Made by a program: the position numbers and the translations under genes. Source: a virus. From it: DNA of 64,000 bases. Below the pieces are notes generated by a model, which saw only the letters and a program-made list of their open reading frames with translations, ran no database searches and was not told where the DNA came from. The DNA is taken from the IMG/VR virus record IMGVR_UViG_3300037222_000084, positions 22,894 through 86,893 of that record; one strand, written 5' to 3'. Positions 57,309 through 64,000 of the stretch are shown one piece after another (position 1 is the first letter of the stretch; every line of letters begins with the position of its first letter).

Positions 57309-58296
57309 GATCGGAGATCCGCATATCAAACCCAGCAACCTTGAGGAAGCTGAGAAATTATTTCACTTCATCAATGACCAGATCTTGGAACTACAGCCAG
57401 ATCGAGTCGAGATTCTTGGTGATTTGTTTCACACGCACGCCATCATTAGGATGGAAGTATTGGAGTTTTGGAATGGTTGGCTTGATGTATTAGTAACCCA
57501 TGAGAATATTGAATTTGTTATTCTTATAGGCAACCACGATATGACTGGAAGCTATCATTCTCACACTTCAGCCTTAGGTGTGTTCAAACACATGGCCAGG
57601 AAGCATCGGAATCTCAAGATTGTTGAGAATCCAAGGACAGAAGGAATTTATGGATACGTCTCCTATACCCATGACAGAAATACGTTCTATGATATTGCAC
57701 GCGGGCTTGCTAGTGAAGGAGCCAAGATACTCGTGTGTCATCAGTCATTTCTCACATCCAAGTTCGAGTCTGGCACCTATGATCCAGACGGTTTTGACCC
57801 CAGCCAAATCCCCTTCGATCTCATCATCTCAGGACATATTCACGCCCATCAAAAATGTATTGCCGATGGAAAGACCATAATCCATCCTGGAACGCCTAAA
57901 TGGGACACTCTGTCTGACGCGAACCAGGAAAAGGGCATTTGGCTGTATGAGCATGACGATGTAACTGGCGCTATCCTGTCAGAACGCATGATCGGCACCA
58001 AACATGTGGTCACAAAGATCGTAGAGATCGTGTGGGAAGAGGGAAAGCCACTTCCAGCCATCGAGAGTGGCGTTAAGACGACGATTGAGCTGATTGGCTC
58101 ATCAGCATGGGTATCAGAGCACAAAAAGGCCCTAAAGGGCCATTACGGGCTCAAATCGCAGATTACAGACAGGGCAGACAAGTCGGAACGCAAGCCTGGT
58201 AAGAATTTCCAGGATTTTATGTTGAATCTTTACGTGACCAAGGCAGACAAGTCTAAGTTATTGGAATATATGAGGAACAATGGAATCATCGGATGA
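57295..58296 (+). CDS. Mre11/SbcD-like nuclease (gp47-like)
   Basis: IGDPH, LGDLFH, GNHD, SGHIH, PGTP. Confidence 0.88.
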   Translation: MRILRIGDPHIKPSNLEEAEKLFHFINDQILELQPDRVEILGDLFHTHAIIRMEVLEFWNGWLDVLVTHENIEFVILIGNHDMTGSYHSHTSALGVFKHMARKHRNLKIVENPRTEGIYGYVSYTHDRNTFYDIARGLASEGAKILVCHQSFLTSKFESGTYDPDGFDPSQIPFDLIISGHIHAHQKCIADGKTIIHPGTPKWDTLSDANQEKGIWLYEHDDVTGAILSERMIGTKHVVTKIVEIVWEEGKPLPAIESGVKTTIELIGSSAWVSEHKKALKGHYGLKSQITDRADKSERKPGKNFQDFMLNLYVTKADKSKLLEYMRNNGIIG

Positions 58297-58666
58297 TAAT
58301 GCAGCAAATGTAGTCAAAGACATGGCCAAATTGGTCCTAGTTGCTGGCAAGATTTCTGACATGCACGTAAAAAATATGCAGATGTACCCGTTGATCTACT
58401 TCAATGGCGTGAAAACAGTAAAAATTGACTACGATCTGTCCCACAAGGCCGACGCTTTAGTGGACAAAGATAATAACCTAACCATCAACGCTCCGCACAG
58501 AAGCAACGTTGTCACGTACTACCTGACAATGCATGAAGGTGCCGTCAACGACAAACTGGACAAGCGCTATGCCGCTTTGACAGCTTCTATCAGGACCTTG
58601 TTTTGGAAAGATGTAGTGGTAGAAGTGTTCATGGACGAGAAAATCGTCTATAAGAGTAAAAAATGA
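58280..58666 (+). CDS. hypothetical protein
   Basis: Overlapping ORF with SD GAGG. Confidence 0.6.
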   Translation: MESSDDNAANVVKDMAKLVLVAGKISDMHVKNMQMYPLIYFNGVKTVKIDYDLSHKADALVDKDNNLTINAPHRSNVVTYYLTMHEGAVNDKLDKRYAALTASIRTLFWKDVVVEVFMDEKIVYKSKK

Positions 58667-59322
58667 GCGGTGAAGAAAGCAAGGCTCTAGTACCAGAAGT
58701 TGTCGATAACTTAAAAATTACCGATATTTCTGAACAGAGCATGAAAAAGGTACAAAGATATATCGACGATGGGCTCCCTGGCATTGCCACCATAGACGAA
58801 ACCAAGCTCGCAAAGATCACAGAACTGTACCTTGGCGGCAAGACCTATGACCAAATAGCCAATGCTACCAGGGAAGATCGCACGAAAATCATGTTCGTTT
58901 CCCATAGATACAACTTATGTGATATAAGAAAAGAGTACATGCTAGAACTCAGCGACCATATGAAACGTCGCATATTAGAGTTTAAGCTGACTAGCCAGGA
59001 TCACCTTTTGAACTTGGCTCAGATGTACCAGAGGAAGCATGGTGGAAAGATCATGCGCTACTTGGAAACAAATGACGAGGCTCATACCGATCAGATCAAC
59101 CTCAAAGAGCTTGATCGCTATATGAAGATAGTCGATTTGATCCAAAAATCTGTCGCTGAACCCGCCAAGGACAAAGGGCCGCTTATCGGTCTGAATGTTG
59201 GCGACGGCGCTACCGTTACTCGCAAAGGCGACAACGAGATAGAAATTACGCCTAAACAGAAGGCTATTGGCGATGTGCTGAAACACTTTGCTGATCTGAG
59301 ACGAGAAGAAGAGAAAAATTAA
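58663..59322 (+). CDS. HTH protein, possible terminase small subunit
   Basis: ELYL.GKTY.QIA HTH followed by a helical region. Confidence 0.4.
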   Translation: MSGEESKALVPEVVDNLKITDISEQSMKKVQRYIDDGLPGIATIDETKLAKITELYLGGKTYDQIANATREDRTKIMFVSHRYNLCDIRKEYMLELSDHMKRRILEFKLTSQDHLLNLAQMYQRKHGGKIMRYLETNDEAHTDQINLKELDRYMKIVDLIQKSVAEPAKDKGPLIGLNVGDGATVTRKGDNEIEITPKQKAIGDVLKHFADLRREEEKN

Positions 59323-59343
59323 CCATATAACTAGGAGTTATAG

Positions 59344-60237
59344 ATGAGTTTTGTAAAAAAGACACTGGTATTAGCAGTGCTGGCATTATCCGCATGTACG
59401 TCAGTACAGCCAAAAGTAGGACGTTCAGCGGTTTCATGGGATGCTACAGCAAATAGTGTCAAAGTTACAAACATGGCGGGAAACCATGGCGGTACAGGAA
59501 TTATCCTAAAATCTTCTCCAACTCAGTCTCTTGTTCTGACCAACTCACACGTTTGTGGTGTAGTAGAAGAAGGCGGCAAGGTATCAGGCGAAGCCGGTAC
59601 ATTCGCAGTTTCAGAGTACAAAAAAGCTGAAAGCCACGATCTGTGTCTTATTAAAGTGTCAGGCGACCTACGAGGCGGAGTACGACTTGCAAATCGTCCT
59701 CCAGTGGCATATGAAGACGTAGCGCTAATCTCTGGCCATCCAGCCCTGTATCCAAACGTGAAGACGGTTGGACATTTCTCTGGTCGTCAAAATATCGCTA
59801 TTTTGGTTGGTTTCAAGCCCTGCACAGACGACGACCTAGCTGATGAAAACAAAGTCCCCTACTGCGCAATGCTTGGTGGACTGCCTATAGTTAAGCAGTA
59901 TGATTCTGTTCTTGTCACGGCTACAATCATGCCAGGATCAAGTGGCAGCGCAGTATACAATGGAAGCATGGAACTTACTGGCGTAGTATTTGCTGGATCG
60001 GGCGAACTTGGATATGCTTGGACTGTGCCCTATGAATACGTAAAGAACTTTTTACAAAAAGAAGCGCACACTCTAAAGTATACGAAACCTTCTAACGTGC
60101 TGAGCCTGTTTCCTGAAGGTGCAAAGAAGTCTAAAGAAAAAGAGAGCATGCAGAAACTTGTAACGTTATGTGAATCGGCAGACAAGGCGAAAATGAAAAG
60201 CCTTTGTGCGATCCTCAATAACGACATGCTGAAGTAA
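59344..60237 (+). CDS. trypsin-like serine protease lipoprotein
   Basis: Lipobox LSAC; GTG, LTNSHVC, HDLCL, PGSSGS. Confidence 0.88.
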   Translation: MSFVKKTLVLAVLALSACTSVQPKVGRSAVSWDATANSVKVTNMAGNHGGTGIILKSSPTQSLVLTNSHVCGVVEEGGKVSGEAGTFAVSEYKKAESHDLCLIKVSGDLRGGVRLANRPPVAYEDVALISGHPALYPNVKTVGHFSGRQNIAILVGFKPCTDDDLADENKVPYCAMLGGLPIVKQYDSVLVTATIMPGSSGSAVYNGSMELTGVVFAGSGELGYAWTVPYEYVKNFLQKEAHTLKYTKPSNVLSLFPEGAKKSKEKESMQKLVTLCESADKAKMKSLCAILNNDMLK

Positions 60238-60238
60238 A

Positions 60239-60487
60239 ATGCCTCTAATCGCCTATCTTTGCGAGTGTAAAAACTCCAAAAAGAAATATTTTCGGCAGGT
60301 AAAAGACATACCTGCCGTTATTATTTGTGATAAGTGCGAAAAATCAATGAAAAAATGCTTGTCTTCTCCTACGAATTCGTCTAAGATAACAGTAGACAAT
60401 GGCCTGCAAGCCAGAGCCATCGAAATCATGCCTGACATTATCGAGATCAACAAGGCTCGATCAGAAAAAGACTACAGGGAAGAATAG
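60239..60487 (+). CDS. FmdB-like zinc-ribbon protein
   Basis: MP...Y.C.C...C..C...M.K.LS. Confidence 0.7.
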   Translation: MPLIAYLCECKNSKKKYFRQVKDIPAVIICDKCEKSMKKCLSSPTNSSKITVDNGLQARAIEIMPDIIEINKARSEKDYREE

Positions 60488-62544
60488 TGCTAGATTTACT
60501 CGATCTGCAATTCGGCAGCATCGGTAGGTTCGTAGAAAATCAACAAATAGATTTTTCTTCATTAAACGAATTTATCCAAGTTGACGGGCAGAACAATAAC
60601 ACAACAGGGTCAAGCGGAAGCGGCAAGTCAACCGTATTCAATGCGCTAGACTACCTACTTGGTCTTAACGACCTTCCCTCTACGATTCTACAGTCAAGAT
60701 ACACCGACAGCACTATATCTGTTAGTGGCAAGTTCTCATGGGATGGCCAAGCCGTAGAGATCACTCGTGGCAAAAAACTCAAAGTTAAAATTGGCGATAA
60801 AGTAGTAGAAGGTAGCAGTGCCCTATCAGAAGAACAAATCGACAAGATTCTTGGTATGCCCAGAAAGATCTTTCGAAAGCTTCTTCACAAACGTCAGAAA
60901 GAGGGCGGATTTTTCCTGGACTTTACCCCAGCTAAAATGCACGAGTTCCTGATTGACTGTTTGAATCTGGCTGATTTCAGAAAGTTTGATCTGGCTGAAG
61001 ACGTTAAGATAAAAGATTTAACTAAGAAGAAAACAGAAGAAGAAGCATTCTTAAACGGTCAAGAAGTGGGTCTTTCGGCCACGCTAGAAGCTATATCGTT
61101 CCTCGGTTCTCCTCCCGTTAGACAAATGGATCAGGAAACGATCTTAGGCCTCAAAAAGAAAGTGGACGAGGCTGAAAGTCAGTTCAAATCCATAGCAGGA
61201 ATCTGGAGTCAGGTTCTGCATGACCATGACCTTTTGCGACCAAAGAATCAAGTGGTTCCATTTGACAGGTCTGGGATAGACAAGTGTTCCGACGAAATCC
61301 TAGGTCTTAATCAAAAGCTGAACTCTCTCTTCCAAGAAGACAAGGACCGTGTAGCCAAAGTCAGAGAGGCCAGAGCTAAAATCAAGCAAGCCCAAAAAGA
61401 CGCCAGCGCAGCTATGGTGTTGGCCCACAGTGCTAAGCTGGAGACCGTAAAACTTGCAGAAGAGGTCAAAAAGATCAGAGCTGCTATTTGCCCTACTTGC
61501 GAACAAAGTTGGATAACAGAACAGTACAGTACACAGGAGCGAGAAAGGCTTACCCAGATACTACGGCTGAAATCCACCATAGACCTTGGCGATTTATCGA
61601 GACAGGCCCTAGAATCTCTCAACGAAGAAGACGTAGCGTTAGAGGGTCAAGACCAAGGCAAGGTCCATCCTGACATGCCAGACATAAATGAGAAGCTTAG
61701 AGACGCGCACGCCAGACACTTGGCCGAGAAGCTCAGGGGAGATGCGTGGATTGAGCAGCAAAACTCCGCAAATAATGCGGAGAATGAAAAGTTTACACAA
61801 AAACAAAAAGATGTGCAGTTTAGAGCTAACGCTGAGATGGACCAAGCCAAAGGAACGCTCGACCTGGCGCGAAGAGTTTTCGACAATGCTGTGAATATTT
61901 TTCGTTCATATTCTGATTCTAGTGCTCAATACGAAAAAAATCTGAATTCCTTGAAAGAAAAAGAAGTAAAATTTACAAATAAGATCGCAGAAGTAAAAAA
62001 TAACATTGAAGATATTTCAAACAAGCTTGCTCTGGCAGAAGAAACTAAAGCGGCTATCAAACAATTCCTTTCGTATTCGTTCGACAATGCCATCGAGTCG
62101 ATTGGTACTCGTGCTACTGAAATTATTCGTTGCATTCCTAACATGAGTAATGCTACTATACAATTCGATGGTACAAGAGAGACCGGCGATGGCAAGATCA
62201 AAGATGAAGTGAATGCGGTCCTAGCTGTCGATGGAGAAGAAGACGTACCGATCAAGAGCTTGTCTGGTGGAGAGCGATCTGCCCTGGATATAGCGGTAGA
62301 TTTAGCGGTTATTGATTTTATCGAGACTAAATCCGGCAAGGGAATCAACCTGTTTATCTTGGATGAACCCTTCACAGGACTTGGACCAGTTGAAATTGAA
62401 ATGGCCTTGGAAGTGTTGAAAAACTCCAATACGAATAAGAAGATAGTAATAGTTGACCATAATTCGGAAGTAAAACAGATGGTGCAGAATCGACTCGTAG
62501 TGGTCAGAGACGGTTTAACCAGCAGGATTGAGAAATCAGCATGA
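60487..62544 (+). CDS. Rad50/SbcC-like ATPase (gp46-like)
   Basis: GSSGSGKS, CPTC zinc hook, LSGGE, LDEPF, VDH. Confidence 0.9.
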   Translation: MLDLLDLQFGSIGRFVENQQIDFSSLNEFIQVDGQNNNTTGSSGSGKSTVFNALDYLLGLNDLPSTILQSRYTDSTISVSGKFSWDGQAVEITRGKKLKVKIGDKVVEGSSALSEEQIDKILGMPRKIFRKLLHKRQKEGGFFLDFTPAKMHEFLIDCLNLADFRKFDLAEDVKIKDLTKKKTEEEAFLNGQEVGLSATLEAISFLGSPPVRQMDQETILGLKKKVDEAESQFKSIAGIWSQVLHDHDLLRPKNQVVPFDRSGIDKCSDEILGLNQKLNSLFQEDKDRVAKVREARAKIKQAQKDASAAMVLAHSAKLETVKLAEEVKKIRAAICPTCEQSWITEQYSTQERERLTQILRLKSTIDLGDLSRQALESLNEEDVALEGQDQGKVHPDMPDINEKLRDAHARHLAEKLRGDAWIEQQNSANNAENEKFTQKQKDVQFRANAEMDQAKGTLDLARRVFDNAVNIFRSYSDSSAQYEKNLNSLKEKEVKFTNKIAEVKNNIEDISNKLALAEETKAAIKQFLSYSFDNAIESIGTRATEIIRCIPNMSNATIQFDGTRETGDGKIKDEVNAVLAVDGEEDVPIKSLSGGERSALDIAVDLAVIDFIETKSGKGINLFILDEPFTGLGPVEIEMALEVLKNSNTNKKIVIVDHNSEVKQMVQNRLVVVRDGLTSRIEKSA

Positions 62545-62885
62545 ACCACGCCGAAAAACTCTTATCGCATCTATACACGTCGAACCAGACGGTAGCGTAT
62601 GCGACAGTTAAGGGTTTGATGGATGAAGTGGAAGATCTGAAGAAGCAGTTGGCAGAAGCGAAGTCGTTGACGCCAGAGACTCATTTGGTAACTTTGAAAG
62701 ACTTCGAACTGATGGTGAGCTGCGCAGCTCAAGAATACGTGAAGAGAGCTTTTCCGATAAAACTGTCGGGCAAGCAGGTGTCTTCGGGACATGAGCCTCA
62801 CTTCTTCTTAATAGAGGCCTTTGTTGCGCATTTGAATAGGTATGAGATTTTAAGAAAACCAGTCACTTTTGACTATAGGAGATAA
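62541..62885 (+). CDS. hypothetical protein
   Basis: Coupled ORF. Confidence 0.55.
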   Translation: MNHAEKLLSHLYTSNQTVAYATVKGLMDEVEDLKKQLAEAKSLTPETHLVTLKDFELMVSCAAQEYVKRAFPIKLSGKQVSSGHEPHFFLIEAFVAHLNRYEILRKPVTFDYRR

Positions 62886-62886
62886 C

Positions 62887-63177
62887 ATGGGACGACCAAA
62901 GAAAGAAGCCTTGACCTTTGAAGGCAAAGTACAAAAAGAAATGCCTGAATTTGCTCGCGAAGTCGCTGGCTTAGATGTTCAGGCCCTCAAAAACCGCATT
63001 GCAAAGTATGCAAGCGAACTGTCCAAGTCGGAAGAGTGCCAAGAGAACGACGAAGCATTGTCTACCTCTAAGGCTGAAGTAAAAGAGTTGGGCGCACCCT
63101 ATCGTGAAGTGAAGAAAGCTGTAGCCACTAAGACTCGCTATTTGCTTAGCCTCATTGAAGAAAAAGGTGGACAGTAA
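62887..63177 (+). CDS. small coiled-coil protein
   Basis: SD AGGAG, ATG 62887. Confidence 0.6.
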   Translation: MGRPKKEALTFEGKVQKEMPEFAREVAGLDVQALKNRIAKYASELSKSEECQENDEALSTSKAEVKELGAPYREVKKAVATKTRYLLSLIEEKGGQ

Positions 63178-63787
63178 AATCGAACGCATTCTAGCTCTAG
63201 ATATGTCAACAAAAACTGGATGGGCCGTCTTCACTGTGGATGGCCAAGATCTAGCTTTATTGGGATTTGGTCAGAATACGCAAATTCCAGAGTCTCCTGG
63301 TATGTACCCTGAGAACTTCGTTGAATGGGCTCACCAATGCTACGATGCAATTATTACACTCATCGACAAGTGGAAACCTGACACTTTGGTGATTGAAGAG
63401 ACGGCTTCGAACAGTAAGTCTATTTATTCGCAAAAAATATTGGAATGGATTCATTATTTAGTTGCAAAGTATATAAAAGAGAGTAAGATAAAGGCTGTAT
63501 ACATAATGTCTGGCACTTGGAAAAGTGAAACAGGCGTTCTGATGAACGGCGACGAAAAGAAGCATAACAAGGCCGTTAAAGAGTACAAAGCAAAGAACGA
63601 TACGTCTATCGCATATGACCCAAAGGGCAAACGGATAGGCAAGATCACAAGGAAACACGTCGCAATCCGCAGAGCCAACGAGATTTTTGTAAAATTTCTA
63701 ATAAAGCCCTTGCTGAAAAAAGATGAAGATACCGCAGAGTCCCTTTTACTAGGGTACTGTTACTGCCTACGTAGGATGAAAGTATGA
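63167..63787 (+). CDS. RuvC-like Holliday junction resolvase
   Basis: ILALDMSTKTGWA, LVIEE, WK, D.AES.LLG. Confidence 0.8.
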   Translation: MDSKIERILALDMSTKTGWAVFTVDGQDLALLGFGQNTQIPESPGMYPENFVEWAHQCYDAIITLIDKWKPDTLVIEETASNSKSIYSQKILEWIHYLVAKYIKESKIKAVYIMSGTWKSETGVLMNGDEKKHNKAVKEYKAKNDTSIAYDPKGKRIGKITRKHVAIRRANEIFVKFLIKPLLKKDEDTAESLLLGYCYCLRRMKV

Positions 63788-64000
63788 GTAAAGATTACAT
63801 GGATGACGATAACGCTTCTGACGGATTCAGAGACGGACAAGATGAAGAGGTTGGACCCAACGAACAGGTTGGCGGCGGCGGCAACTACGCCACGCAACAA
63901 CCCGTTGCTGCGTCTACTCGTCGCGTGTTCCCTACTCAAAAAACTATTGAACTGCCAGTAGAGCAACAGCCAGTATATAGTGGAGACGGCGAAACCCACT
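63784..64000 (+). CDS. partial acidic hypothetical protein (runs off window)
   Basis: ATG 63784 overlaps the upstream TGA; open to the window end. Confidence 0.55.
   Translation, partial: MSKDYMDDDNASDGFRDGQDEEVGPNEQVGGGGNYATQQPVAASTRRVFPTQKTIELPVEQQPVYSGDGETH

Noticed and set aside
1-64000. CRISPR array, DGR or retron
   Set aside because: No regularly spaced repeat-spacer run and no reverse transcriptase motifs; the repeats found are coding
1-64000. Stop-codon reassignment as in some large phages
   Set aside because: Conserved genes are full length in code 11, and TAG, TGA and TAA all end genes at coupled junctions

Overview
A 64-kb segment of a large lytic myovirus (contractile-tailed dsDNA phage, standard genetic code); no host DNA, CRISPR array or integrase is visible. 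1.5-29 kb is mostly a minus-strand virion module: lysis-like membrane genes, a 1631-aa tail fibre, tail tube and sheath, neck proteins, major capsid protein and scaffold. The prohead protease is transcribed divergently (29.0-31.0 kb). 31-42 kb is a plus-strand accessory block: NARP1-type NAD+ reconstitution pair, NADAR, macrodomain, 2OG-Fe(II) oxygenase, DNA and RNA ligases, tRNA-Pro and several structured small RNAs. 42.6-53.4 kb carries gpF-like, portal, TerL flanked by endonucleases, and GroEL. 53.6-64 kb is a replication/recombination block (SF2 helicase, sigma-like factor, GroES-like, Mre11/Rad50, RuvC-like). Most notable: the head module encodes an mCpol (minimal Cas10-like nucleotide cyclase) fused to CPYC repeats with a candidate -1 frameshift, and an Acb1-like 2H phosphoesterase fused to a transglycosylase. 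Both carry the K[S/A/D] motif typical of prohead-protease substrates, which suggests a virion-delivered cyclic-nucleotide 'write and erase' counter-defence system. Also seen are an ice-binding (DUF3494) virion protein, a copy of the capsid N-arm inside the protease and a 12-copy late-promoter motif (CAATCTT). All family calls come from motif recognition by eye, not database searches.
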